From Meiothermus sp. (lineage in GTDB: Bacteria > Deinococcota > Deinococci > Deinococcales > Thermaceae): DNA of 64,000 nucleotides. Location: contig JANRLD010000042.1 in assembly GCA_033762915.1 (NCBI GenBank), positions 32,001 through 96,000 on the forward strand. Reading direction: 5' to 3'. Positions 49,351-58,749 of this stretch are shown here, piece by piece. Made by a program: the position numbers and the translations under genes. Position 1 is the stretch's first letter. Each line of letters begins with the position of its first letter. Below the pieces are notes generated by a model. That model saw only the letters and a program-made list of their open reading frames with translations. It searched no databases and was not told where the DNA came from.

Positions 49351-50495
49351 CCGATCACCTCTTCTTTTGCGCCCTCTCCCTCTTGTAGAGGGCCGGGGTG
49401 AGGGGCGGTTGAGTGTTCCCTGGCCTTGCGCAGCGCGTCCAGGCCCGAGCCAAACGTCACATAGTGGGGCAGCTTGTAGTGAATACAAAAGCCGCTGGAC
49501 TCCACCGGCTCGGTGTGCGAGAGTACGAACTCCTCGGTGTGGGCGGGGTGTGGCTCGGGCAAGTCCATCGCCGCGTCCAGCATCGAGGCTGCGATCAGCT
49601 TGACCTCGTTCCAGCCCAAGGTGGCCGCAAAACCGAGCTCGAGCGCAGGCCTCCCGTCCGTCCCCGTCTTGAACTTGGTGACAACCTCGGCCTGCGAATA
49701 GCGCACCCGCCCGGCGCCGAACAGCGCTCCGGTCACGGGGTGCCTGACCCGCACGTCCGCGTAGGCCAGCCGTACCTCGTTGACGGTCGGGTGGATCCCC
49801 CCGTACCCGCGCATGTTGGCGTACCCGAGCGCAAGGATTCCCCCAGTGTCGGCCCTCGAGAGCGCCTGCAAACGGTGGGCTCGAGGCGCGGGGAACATCA
49901 CGGGCTCCCGAGTCAAGTCCGCAATCTCCGCGCTCGGGGTGGGGTCGTGCTTTAGTGGATGCATAAGCCCCGTCTCGCGGTGCCAGTCGGCGACATAAGG
50001 GACGTTCCGGGGGATGGGTTTTGACCCTTCGCTGACCGCTGACTTCCGGCCTTGGGCCTCTACGCCTTCACTCTCCCCAGTGTTTTTTCCGCTTTCCTCT
50101 ATGGTTTCCAAGTGCAAGACGCGGTGGCTGTAGTCCAACGTCGGCCCCAAGATCTGCCCGCCTGGGATGTCCTTGAAGGCGGCGGAGATGCGGCGGACGG
50201 TGAGCATGGAGCCGGAGTCAATCGGCTCGGCGTAGGCCACTCGAGGCTGGGTGGAGCGGTAGGCGCGGAGGAGCAGCACGGCCTCATAGAGGTCGCCCCC
50301 GGTCTGGGCGATGGCCAGTGCGGCGAGTTCGGTCGAGTACAGCGAACTCTCGCCCATGACCCGGTCGAGCAGATACGGGAGCTGGTTCTCGACCGACCGG
50401 ACGAAGCTCGAGTCGTACTGACCGTTGAGCAGGCGGTACAGTGCCTCGGCGTTTTGGATGGCTTGCTCACCGCCTCTGGCCGCGACGTAGGCCAT
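49347..50495 (-). CDS. phnI: C-P lyase complex subunit PhnI
   Basis: YVAARGGE.AI, LLRAYRST, RRISAAFKDIPGGQILGPT.DY, H.KLPHYV.F. Confidence 0.95.
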   Translation of the reverse strand: MAYVAARGGEQAIQNAEALYRLLNGQYDSSFVRSVENQLPYLLDRVMGESSLYSTELAALAIAQTGGDLYEAVLLLRAYRSTQPRVAYAEPIDSGSMLTVRRISAAFKDIPGGQILGPTLDYSHRVLHLETIEESGKNTGESEGVEAQGRKSAVSEGSKPIPRNVPYVADWHRETGLMHPLKHDPTPSAEIADLTREPVMFPAPRAHRLQALSRADTGGILALGYANMRGYGGIHPTVNEVRLAYADVRVRHPVTGALFGAGRVRYSQAEVVTKFKTGTDGRPALELGFAATLGWNEVKLIAASMLDAAMDLPEPHPAHTEEFVLSHTEPVESSGFCIHYKLPHYVTFGSGLDALRKAREHSTAPHPGPLQEGEGAKEEVIG

Positions 50496-50496
50496 A

Positions 50497-51054
50497 CTAG
50501 TTCACCTCCACTTCGGTCACTTCGGTGCTGCGTGGAAGGCCGAAGCACTTTCCCTCGCCTGAGATCAGAATCACGTCCCAGCCGAGCGGGAAGGAAACCC
50601 GCTCTTCCCGCAGCGACCAGAAGCGTCTGGGCAAGTCAACCCGAATCTCGCTGGCCTCTTTTATGCCGGGGCCGCGCAGGCGGAGCTTGGGGCCTTTCCC
50701 CAGTTCGGCGGCCACGACAACGGTCGCGGCGTGGTCGGGGTAGAGCAGCGTGCCGGCGGCAGCTCGAGAGATGGCCTCGAGCGCCCCCTCATCCATCTCC
50801 GCGAAGAACTGATACGCGGCTCTGTCGGGCGTTTCCGCCCGTGCACCTAGCCGTTCAAAGGTCTGGCGCAGTGCAGGGTCGGTTGTGTAAAAGCTGGTTT
50901 CTAGGTCCAGCAAGACTCTGCCCACCGCTTCCAGGCCGTGCACACCTCCTGCCTCGAGCTGCTGCACCTCTCCAGGCCGACTCAGCGCCCGCATCAGGGC
51001 TGTGAACACGGCATGGTCTTGGGCTTCTTGGGGGGATAGGATAGGGGTACTCAT
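50497..51054 (-). CDS. phnH: C-P lyase complex subunit PhnH
   Basis: ALSRPG, LLDLET, GT..YPD..AT, LRGPGI, FPLG.D, LPRST. Confidence 0.92.
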   Translation of the reverse strand: MSTPILSPQEAQDHAVFTALMRALSRPGEVQQLEAGGVHGLEAVGRVLLDLETSFYTTDPALRQTFERLGARAETPDRAAYQFFAEMDEGALEAISRAAAGTLLYPDHAATVVVAAELGKGPKLRLRGPGIKEASEIRVDLPRRFWSLREERVSFPLGWDVILISGEGKCFGLPRSTEVTEVEVN

Positions 51055-51088
51055 GGTTTTGGTTATTGGCTATGGGCTGTCGGCAACT

Positions 51089-51541
51089 TCAGAAGGTTTC
51101 CATCTCGACTCGGGTGCCCTCAACCAGCTTTCGTAACTCCAGGTCGGCGGCCTCGAGCTTCTCTTCCTGCTGGCGGACGAAGCTCAGAATGAGGTCGGCC
51201 TCGAGGTCTCCCTGCAAAGCCGCGTCGAGGATCGCCACGGCCAGAGACTGCTCGAGGTCGCGTCCCAGGCAGATTGCGTAGCCTTCCGCGCTGCCCAGCC
51301 GCACCCTCGACTCGCAAACCAGCACCTCTCCGAGGTGAAACCGGGCGCCCTGTGCGGTGTCGGTCCCGGGCAACATCACCAGGCCTGTGCGGTTCTCGAG
51401 GACGCTCAGGCCATGTGCCTCTAGGGTTGGCAGCAGCCCTTCGGCAAACGCCTTGACTTCTTTCGCGTCGGCTCGAGCCAGCACGCTCAGCCATCGTTCC
51501 TGGCTCTCAACCCCCGACCCCGCGACCCCGACCTTCATCAC
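51089..51541 (-). CDS. phnG: C-P lyase complex subunit PhnG
   Basis: TGLVM, FHLGEV.V, A.LDA, TRVEMET; position in the operon. Confidence 0.88.
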   Translation of the reverse strand: MMKVGVAGSGVESQERWLSVLARADAKEVKAFAEGLLPTLEAHGLSVLENRTGLVMLPGTDTAQGARFHLGEVLVCESRVRLGSAEGYAICLGRDLEQSLAVAILDAALQGDLEADLILSFVRQQEEKLEAADLELRKLVEGTRVEMETF

Positions 51542-52362
51542 GTCAACCTCTCTCGAATCTTCGCGCTCAGATAGTCCACGATGAACACCGAAACCAGAAT
51601 GACCAGGATGATGGTGCAGGCCGACTTGAAGTCGAAGCCCCGGATGGACTCAGTGACGTAGAGGCCGATGCCGCCCGCGCCGACCAGACCCAGTACGGTG
51701 GCAGCCCGCACGTTGGACTCGAAGCGGTAGAGGGTCATCGAGACCACGGTTGGGATCACCTGCGGCCAGATGCCGTGGGTGAAGACCTGGAAGCTGTTGG
51801 CGCCCGAGGCCCGCACCGCCTCGATCTGGCCGGTGTCCACGATCTCGATGGCCTCGGAGAAGAGCTTGGCCAGGATGCCCGCGGTGTGAATGGCCAGGGC
51901 CAAGATGCCCGGAAAAGGCCCCAGCCCCACCGCCGCCACAAAGATCAGGGCCAGCACGAACTCGTTTAGCCCCCGGAAGAAGTCCAGCAGCCTGCGGGTG
52001 AGCTGGTAGATGATGGGGTGGGGCGAGGTATTGGCCGCGCCCAGGATCGAAAGCGGTAGGGCCAGGATGAAGGCCAGCGCGGTTCCCCAGACCGCCATCT
52101 TGATGGTGATGATCATCTCGTTGAGGTACTCGGGGAAGCGGTCAAAGTTGGGCGGGAAAAACCCCGAGTTGGGGCGCTCGGGAGTGCCCACAATGAACGT
52201 CCAACTGCGCTCGAGGCCGCTCACCAGCTTCTGCACGCTGATCTCGGTGCCGAAGCTGGCCCACACCAGCAGGGCCAGAATGCCCACCCACAGCATCCGG
52301 CCCCAGAAGATGCGGGCCTTTACCGGGGCGGGTGGCTCGATGTTTACCTTGGGCAAAGTCAT
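51538..52362 (-). CDS. phnE: Phosphonate ABC permease (copy 2)
   Basis: GLGPFPG, KLFSEAIE, YRFESNVRAATVLG. Confidence 0.93.
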   Translation of the reverse strand: MTLPKVNIEPPAPVKARIFWGRMLWVGILALLVWASFGTEISVQKLVSGLERSWTFIVGTPERPNSGFFPPNFDRFPEYLNEMIITIKMAVWGTALAFILALPLSILGAANTSPHPIIYQLTRRLLDFFRGLNEFVLALIFVAAVGLGPFPGILALAIHTAGILAKLFSEAIEIVDTGQIEAVRASGANSFQVFTHGIWPQVIPTVVSMTLYRFESNVRAATVLGLVGAGGIGLYVTESIRGFDFKSACTIILVILVSVFIVDYLSAKIRERLT

Positions 52363-52414
52363 AGTTTAAAGGGGTGGAGCCTCGAGGTCGTGCTCGAGGC
52401 TCCCAGCGGTTCAT

Positions 52415-53287
52415 TTAGCGGGGGCAGGTGTTCTGGCGGTAGCGGTTGACCTGGCGGAACTGAGCGTAGTCGGCGGGGGAGGCGGCGACCCAGCGCTTGA
52501 GGCCGGTGGCCTCTAGGAAATCCTTGTTGTCGAAGGCCAGCAGCGCCTTCTGCACCTCGGATTTAAGGGTAGCGGGCAGGTCTTTGCGGATGGCGATGGG
52601 CGAGGCTGGAATCAGGTCGGACCTGTAGAGCACGTTGAACTCTTGATCCAGGCCTCTGATGGCCCCCTTCTCGGTGGCCGAGATGATCCCAAGGTCGAAG
52701 GTGGCCCCCACCTCAATGGTTCCGTTGGCAACGCCCAGGATCACGTTCTCGTGGGTTCCGGCAAAGAAGGTGCGGCTGAAGTAGGTGGTAGGCTCGACAT
52801 TAAGTTTGGTGCAGAAGGAGAACATCGGCACCCGGAAGCCGCTGGTGGAGCCGGGGTCAACGAAGGCGAAGGGCTTGCCGCGCGCGTCGGCCAGGGTGCG
52901 GATAGGGCCGCCCTTCTTGGAGATGATCAGGCTGTAGTAGCCGACACCGCCGGTCACCGAGTCTTCTTTGACGATGGCCTCGGCTCCGGCCTGGTCCTCG
53001 GCGTCTAGGTAGGAGCCGGGGCCGTAGTAGCCGATGTCCACCTGCTTGTTCTGCATGGCGATGGTGACGGCAGCGTAGTCCGCCCCGTTGCGGAAATTGA
53101 CTTTAATGCCCAGGCGGCGCTCGAGGTGCTCGATCACTGGCTTAAAGCGGTTGGTGGCGTCGCGGTTGGTCTCGGTAGGCACGGTGGCGAAGGTGATCTC
53201 GCGGGGCCAGCCGGTCTTGTCTACGGCCTGCGCCAACGCTGCACTGCCCAGCACGCCTACGATTAAACCCAGAATGTGGTGTTTCAT
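52415..53287 (-). CDS. phnD: Phosphate/phosphite/phosphonate ABC substrate-binding protein (copy 2)
   Basis: ADYAA, FVDPGSTSGF, FAGTHE; signal peptide; AGGAGG RBS. Confidence 0.9.
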   Translation of the reverse strand: MKHHILGLIVGVLGSAALAQAVDKTGWPREITFATVPTETNRDATNRFKPVIEHLERRLGIKVNFRNGADYAAVTIAMQNKQVDIGYYGPGSYLDAEDQAGAEAIVKEDSVTGGVGYYSLIISKKGGPIRTLADARGKPFAFVDPGSTSGFRVPMFSFCTKLNVEPTTYFSRTFFAGTHENVILGVANGTIEVGATFDLGIISATEKGAIRGLDQEFNVLYRSDLIPASPIAIRKDLPATLKSEVQKALLAFDNKDFLEATGLKRWVAASPADYAQFRQVNRYRQNTCPR

Positions 53288-53310
53288 GGTAGTTCCTCCT
53301 TGGCAACGAG

Positions 53311-53341
53311 AGGCTATGGGGGTGTTGTCAGGTCTTGATGA
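53311..53341 (-). promoter_or_regulatory. Possible internal Pho-box-like promoter for phnD
   Basis: TGACA-N9-TAGCCT; upstream half-site weak. Confidence 0.55.
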
Positions 53342-53350
53342 GGTCAGGGC

Positions 53351-54151
53351 TTACGCAGGGCTGAGCCGGGGCACGTGAGCCTCGGGGACAGGGCCCTCGA
53401 GCTGCTCATCGTAGTAGAGCGACCTCGAGACCTCCTCGCTCAGGCCCGCTGCCGTGCCGTCGAAGACAAGGCGCCCCTTCTTGAGTGCAACTACCCTGTC
53501 GGCGTACCCGCGTACGGTGTCGAGGTGGTGCAAGTTGCAGATCACCGCGATACCGTCCTGAGCGTTGATGGACCGCAAAATCTCCATCACCTGCTCTGAA
53601 CTCTTGGGGTCAAGCGCGGAGATCGGCTCGTCGGCCAGAATCAACTTGGGCAGCTGCGCGAGTGCCCTCGCGATCCCTACACGCTGCTGCTGCCCGCCCG
53701 AGAGGGTGTCGGCCCGTTGCCAGGCGTAGTCCGCCATGCCGACCCGCTCTAAGAGCCCCATGGCCAGTTCGCGGTCGGGCTTGGAGTAAAACTTGAGTGT
53801 GGAGGTCAGCGGGCCGAGGGTGCCCAGTCGCCCGATCAGGACGTTCTCGAGGGCGGTCAACCGCCGCACCAGGTTGAACTGCTGGAATACCATCCCGATC
53901 TGCCGTCGGGCCTGTCGTACCGTGGCCTCGGGGGCGCGGCTGATCTCGGTCTGCCCGATAAACACCTTCCCCTCGGTGGGCCGCACCAGCCCGTTGATGA
54001 CCCGCATCAAAGTAGACTTGCCCGCCCCGGAGGGGCCGATCATGGCGGTAAATTTGTCGGTGCTGAGATTCAGGTCGATGTTGGAGAGCGCAACCGTCCC
54101 GTTGGGGAAGCGCTGGGTAATGCCCTCGAGGCGAACAAAGGCGTGGCTCAT
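53351..54151 (-). CDS. phnC: Phosphonate-type ABC transporter ATP-binding protein (copy 2)
   Basis: Close paralog of 33753-34529; leaderless TAGCCT-N6-ATG. Confidence 0.92.
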   Translation of the reverse strand: MSHAFVRLEGITQRFPNGTVALSNIDLNLSTDKFTAMIGPSGAGKSTLMRVINGLVRPTEGKVFIGQTEISRAPEATVRQARRQIGMVFQQFNLVRRLTALENVLIGRLGTLGPLTSTLKFYSKPDRELAMGLLERVGMADYAWQRADTLSGGQQQRVGIARALAQLPKLILADEPISALDPKSSEQVMEILRSINAQDGIAVICNLHHLDTVRGYADRVVALKKGRLVFDGTAAGLSEEVSRSLYYDEQLEGPVPEAHVPRLSPA

Positions 54152-54157
54152 CGACAA

Positions 54158-54241
54158 AGGCTATGGAGGTGCTGTCAATGGTTTGTCACGCTAGAGTTGA
54201 CAAACATGGATTACTGCCCGTTGACAAACCGCCATTAGATT
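54158..54241. promoter_or_regulatory. Divergent Pho-box-like promoters (phn operon / TIM-barrel gene)
   Basis: Minus strand TGACA-N6-TGACA-N9-TAGCCT (54158-54188); plus strand TTACT-N6-TGACA-N9-TAGATT (54211-54241). Confidence 0.8.
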
Positions 54242-54250
54242 TTTCGCACC

Positions 54251-55108
54251 ATGACCAAAACCTTTCCCCAGTCCAGTGCCGCCAGCGCTACCGGGAGTTT
54301 GCCCGTTCTGGGCGCAGCCATGCCCATCGAACTGCTGCCCACCTACCGCGACTGGCTGATGGAGCACGGCGGGCGTGACCTCGAGATCCAGGACGGCTTC
54401 ATGGCCGCAGTACTTGACAGCGACTGGAAGCCGCTGGTCGCCAGGGCCAAGGAAACCCTGGACGGCTACACCGGTCGCATGGGCATCCACGGCCCTTTCG
54501 ACGGACTATGGATGGCCTCCTCCGACCCCTTCGTGCGGAAGATGATTGCCCAGCGGTACATGCGGGCACTCGAGTTCGCCGCCGACCTGGGGGCCACCCA
54601 CATGGTCATCCACAGCCCATTCCTCTTCTTTGGTCACCCGCAAGTAGCCCATGCCCCGTCCAACGGTTTGCAGCAGCAAATCGAGTATGTTCACGACACC
54701 CTCGAGACCGTCCTCCCCATCGCCCGCAACCTCGGCCTGACCTTGGTGATCGAGAACATCCGCGACACCAACCCCGCGCCCCTGCGTACACTGGTGCAGT
54801 CCTTCAACTCCGAACTCGTCCGCATGAGCCTTGACGTAGGCCACGCCTACCTGATGCAGCAGATTGGCGGCCCCAGTGCCGACCAGTGGGTACTCGAGGT
54901 CGGGAGTCTGCTTGCCCACGTCCACCTCCAGGATAACGACGGGTTCCTCGACCGCCACTGGAACCCGGGGCACGGCGGCATCAATTGGCGCGCCCTGTTC
55001 CATGCCCTGGCCAGAATTGAAGCCAGGCCCCGCATGATCCTCGAGGTACGCGGCCACGAGCTGGCCCGCGCAGCGAATTGGTTGGTGGGGCAGGGGCTGG
55101 CGGTCTGA
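54251..55108 (+). CDS. Xylose isomerase-like / AP-endonuclease-2 TIM-barrel protein
   Basis: IHGPF, VIHS, IEN, LDVGH, HVHLQDN...DRH, ILE metal-ligand motifs. Confidence 0.88.
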   Translation: MTKTFPQSSAASATGSLPVLGAAMPIELLPTYRDWLMEHGGRDLEIQDGFMAAVLDSDWKPLVARAKETLDGYTGRMGIHGPFDGLWMASSDPFVRKMIAQRYMRALEFAADLGATHMVIHSPFLFFGHPQVAHAPSNGLQQQIEYVHDTLETVLPIARNLGLTLVIENIRDTNPAPLRTLVQSFNSELVRMSLDVGHAYLMQQIGGPSADQWVLEVGSLLAHVHLQDNDGFLDRHWNPGHGGINWRALFHALARIEARPRMILEVRGHELARAANWLVGQGLAV

Positions 55109-55287
55109 ACGCGTTTCCTACCATAACGGGGCTCCGCGAGCGCCGTTATGTCCCGGTGTGGCGGTGTTTTGCCGTACCGAGTGCACTACTCCGCTTTAGC
55201 GCCGCACTGTGGGCGGAGTATGGGTGGGAAACGCGATAGGGAATATAGTACCTGCCGCCGCGAGGGAGGTAAGGGTGGGAAACGCGA
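55109..55287. mobile_element. Composite MITE family 1 (beta part followed by an alpha end)
   Basis: Left ACGCGTTTCCTAC, two right ends GTGGGAAACGCGA (ending 55236 and 55287), outer TGA/TGA; left TGA is the upstream stop. Confidence 0.8.
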
Positions 55288-55804
55288 TGAGGCCGCTACA
55301 CCGCGACCAATCTCAGCTTGGTAGGAGGAACCCGCATCTGTCTGATCCAAACTGCTGCGACAGGTAGAGGTCGGCTTGAGCGGCGCTTCGGGGCCTGAGG
55401 GCGGGTGACAATCCGCGACGGGAAATGTTTGAGGCCGACTCCAAAGCCCATTCAGAGGATGGATCTGCAACCTTTGACTACTAACTTTTCGGCCAAAGTC
55501 TTGGGTTTGCCTTTCCACAAACTACTGCCTTGTTCATCTACCCTCCCTGGCCCGATCACAGATTGCCTCTGGCCGATTCACCCGCACCGAAGCCAGACGG
55601 CCTCTCGAGCTGACCTTAGGACTCCCCGGTCCCCGGAGCGTCTCCCCTCCCGCACATCAGGGCTTGGTTCTCGCCGAGCCGAAACATGGCATCGGCGGCC
55701 TACTCAACGGCGGGCACGGCGATGGGGAGCCCTAATCTGAGCAGCCTGTTCAAAAGCGGACCTCCTCTAAACGGGTCGCGGCAGGATAGGGTTGAAGTGA
55801 TAAA

Positions 55805-55826
55805 GTGTTATGGTAAAACATAACAC
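55805..55826. promoter_or_regulatory. Palindromic operator GTGTTATG-N6-CATAACAC; second copy 55976-55997
   Basis: Perfect 8-bp inverted repeat; a degenerate copy overlaps the putative -10 (TATGCT) of the GntR gene. Confidence 0.7.
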
Positions 55827-56018
55827 CACGCCTCTCCAGAAAAAAGCCTATCTATGGAATCCGCAAAAAAAGCACTCGAGTAAAAGGCTTTAGGTCGGAA
55901 AAAGCCCGCTAGTATGATTTTTCAAAGTATCGCCCTTACCCTTTTATGCCTTGGTTTGACCTACGAAACACCCAAGTGTTATGCTCATTAAGAACACCCG
56001 CGAAACTCGAGGCCCGCC

Positions 56019-57005
56019 GTGAAGATTTGCATCGACCGCGACTTCCCGGTATCCCTGGGCCAACAGCTGCGCGGCCAGATCGAGTACGGTGTGGCCTGCG
56101 GCGAACTCCCGCCCGGCAGCCAGATACCCTCGGTGCGTGAGCTAGCTGCGGAACTGGGCATTGCCATGGTGACGGTCTCGCAGGTCTACAAGGAGCTTCA
56201 GGAGAGCAGGCTCCTGGAGAGCCGGCCAGGCCGGGGAACCTTCGTGGCCGAGGCTGGGCCGGGTAGCCAGCAGGCCCAGGGGAGGGTACTCGAGCTACAG
56301 CGCCAGATAGACGGGCTGATCGCGCTGGCCGAGCGGCTGGGGGTCTCGCGGGGTGAGCTGTCCTCGATGGTGGCGGCGCGGCTCGGTCGCCACCGAGCGG
56401 CGGAGCCCCTGAACCTAACCTTCGTGGGCGTCTTCCTCGAGGCTACCAGGGCCTACGCCGCCGACCTGCGCCCGATGCTCCCCGCCACCGACCGCCTGGA
56501 GGCGACCGTGTTGGAGCAGCTCGAGGCCGACCTCAAGCGGCTGCGGGCGGTGCGGCGGGCCGACCTGGTGATCGCCCCGGCCAACCGCAAGGCCCAGGTG
56601 CAGGCCCTGCTTGGGGCGAAGGTGCCGGTGGTGGGGCTGGGCTTCATCCCCAGCGAGCGTACCCGCACCGCGCTGGCCGAACTCGGGCCGCGCACCCGGC
56701 TGGGCCTTCTTACCACCTTCCCCGAGTTCCTGCCCACCATGCGGGCTGGGGTGGAGCGCTTCACCTCGCACCTCGAGACACCCCGGACGGCGGTGCTGGC
56801 CGACGCAGACTCGGTGGGGCGGCTGGTGGCTGTTTGCGACGTGATCGTGTACGCCACGGGGTCGGAGCGTATCCTCGAGGGCCTGCCCGACCACGTGCGG
56901 GCCTTCGAGTACCGCCACACCCCCGACCCGCGCTCGGTCGATCGCGACCTGCTGCCGGTGCTGGGGCGCATCCGCGAGGATCGGGCCACACAGCCCCAGA
57001 GCTGA
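56019..57005 (+). CDS. GntR-family regulator (YtrA-like HTH plus C-terminal extension)
   Basis: PSVRELAAELG...TV..VY.EL, PGRGTFV. Confidence 0.9.
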   Translation: MKICIDRDFPVSLGQQLRGQIEYGVACGELPPGSQIPSVRELAAELGIAMVTVSQVYKELQESRLLESRPGRGTFVAEAGPGSQQAQGRVLELQRQIDGLIALAERLGVSRGELSSMVAARLGRHRAAEPLNLTFVGVFLEATRAYAADLRPMLPATDRLEATVLEQLEADLKRLRAVRRADLVIAPANRKAQVQALLGAKVPVVGLGFIPSERTRTALAELGPRTRLGLLTTFPEFLPTMRAGVERFTSHLETPRTAVLADADSVGRLVAVCDVIVYATGSERILEGLPDHVRAFEYRHTPDPRSVDRDLLPVLGRIREDRATQPQS

Positions 57006-57024
57006 CAGAGTCAACGGAGGACAC

Positions 57025-57723
57025 GTGAAAATTTCTGAGATGAGCTGGATGGCAGTGGAGGAGTACCTGGGGCGCGACGACCGCTGCGTGCTGCCGCTGG
57101 GCAGCACCGAGCAGCACGCCCACCTCAGCCTGAGCGTGGACAGCATCCTGGCCGAGCGGGTGGGCCTCGAGGCCGCTGAGCCCTTGGGCCTGCCGGTCTT
57201 CCCGGCGCAGCCCTACGGCATCACCCCCTACTTCCGGGCCTATCCGGGGAGCCTCACGCTGCGTGTCCAGACCTACCTGAGCGTGGTGCGTGACCTGCTG
57301 GACGGCCTGCACGAGCAGGGCTTTCGGCGCATCCTGATCGTCAACGGGCACGGCGGCAACAGCCCTGCGCAAGGCCTTGCGGGCGAGTGGATGGCCGACC
57401 ACCCCGACGCCCAGGTAATTTTCCACAACTGGTGGAACGCCCCCAAGACCTGGGCCAAAGTGCAGGAGATCGACCCGGTGGCCTCGCACGCGAGCTGGAT
57501 GGAGAACTTCCCCTGGACGCGCCTGAGCGGCACCCCGCCCGCCCACCAGAAGCCGATGGCCGACCTCGCCCGGCTGCGCCTGCTGCCACCCGCCAAGCTG
57601 CGCGAGTACCTGGGCGATGGCAACTACGGCGGCCTCTACCAGCGCCCGGATGCCGAAATGCTGGCCATCTGGGCAGTGGCGGTGGCAGAGACTCGAGAGC
57701 TGCTTGAGCAAGGGTGGGCCTGA
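57025..57723 (+). CDS. Creatininase family amidohydrolase
   Basis: LPLGSTEQH.HL..D, NGHGGN, HA...E. Confidence 0.92.
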   Translation: MKISEMSWMAVEEYLGRDDRCVLPLGSTEQHAHLSLSVDSILAERVGLEAAEPLGLPVFPAQPYGITPYFRAYPGSLTLRVQTYLSVVRDLLDGLHEQGFRRILIVNGHGGNSPAQGLAGEWMADHPDAQVIFHNWWNAPKTWAKVQEIDPVASHASWMENFPWTRLSGTPPAHQKPMADLARLRLLPPAKLREYLGDGNYGGLYQRPDAEMLAIWAVAVAETRELLEQGWA

Positions 57724-57726
57724 GCC

Positions 57727-58749
57727 ATGCCGACCGAGCCGATCCTGATCTGGGGTGCGGGGGCCATCGGGGGCACACTGGGCGCGTACTTCGTGCGGGC
57801 TGGGCACGCGGTGGTCTTGGTGGACAGCGCCGAAGAACACGTCCGGGCCATCCGCGCCGACGGCCTGCGGATCACCGGGCCGATCGAGGAGTTCGGCGTG
57901 CGGGCCGAGGCCTTCACGCCGGGGGAACTCAAGGGGCGCTTTTCCACGGTCTTCCTGGCGGTAAAGGCGCACCACACCCAGGCGGCGGCCCGGCAGCTCG
58001 AGCCGCATCTCGAGCCGCAGGGCTTCGTGGTCAGCGCCCAGAACGGGCTCAACGAGATTGAGATCGCCAAGGTGGTCGGCGCGGCCCGCACGGTGGGCTG
58101 CTTTGTCAACTTCGGGGCCGACTACCTCGAGCCCGGCCTGATCCACTTCGGCGGGCGCGGGGCGGTGGTGGTGGGGGAACTGGACGGGAAGATTACCCCG
58201 CGCCTGGAGGACTTGCACCGGCTGATGCTCGAGTTCGACGACCGGGCCATCCTGACCCCCAACATCTGGGGCTACCTGTGGGGCAAGATGGCCTACGGCG
58301 CACAGCTCTTCGCCACCGCCCTCACCGATGCCTCGATTGCCGATGCGCTGGCCGTCTGGGAGCACCACCGGCTGTTCTCCGAACTGGCTCGAGAGATCCT
58401 CCGCGTCGCCGCTGCGCAGAACGTCCGGCCCGAGGGCTTCAACGGCTTCAATCCGCACGCCTTCACCCCGGATGCCGCGCCCGAACTGGCCCTGACCTCG
58501 ATTGAGGAGATGGTGGCCCACAACCGCAAGTCGGCCAAGACCCACTCCGGCGTCTGGCGCGATCTGGCGGTGCGCAAGCGCAAGACCGAAGTAGACGCTC
58601 AGCTCGGCCCCATCGTGGAGATCGGGGTTCGCTCCGGCGTCCCCACCCCCATCACCCGCCGCCTGATCGAGATGATCCACGAGGTCGAGGAGGGCAAGAG
58701 GCCGCTAGCTTGGGAGAACCTGGGCGAACTGGCGAGGGTGATGCCGTGA
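57727..58749 (+). CDS. Ketopantoate reductase (PanE/ApbA) family protein
   Basis: GAGAIG, AVKA, QNG, LWGK, R.TEVD. Confidence 0.9.
   Translation: MPTEPILIWGAGAIGGTLGAYFVRAGHAVVLVDSAEEHVRAIRADGLRITGPIEEFGVRAEAFTPGELKGRFSTVFLAVKAHHTQAAARQLEPHLEPQGFVVSAQNGLNEIEIAKVVGAARTVGCFVNFGADYLEPGLIHFGGRGAVVVGELDGKITPRLEDLHRLMLEFDDRAILTPNIWGYLWGKMAYGAQLFATALTDASIADALAVWEHHRLFSELAREILRVAAAQNVRPEGFNGFNPHAFTPDAAPELALTSIEEMVAHNRKSAKTHSGVWRDLAVRKRKTEVDAQLGPIVEIGVRSGVPTPITRRLIEMIHEVEEGKRPLAWENLGELARVMP

Noticed and set aside
49351..49488. Upstream extension of the phnJ ORF that contains a Cys
   Set aside because: It overlaps phnI in another frame; the GTG at 49350 has an RBS, overlaps the phnI stop and matches the family N-terminus.
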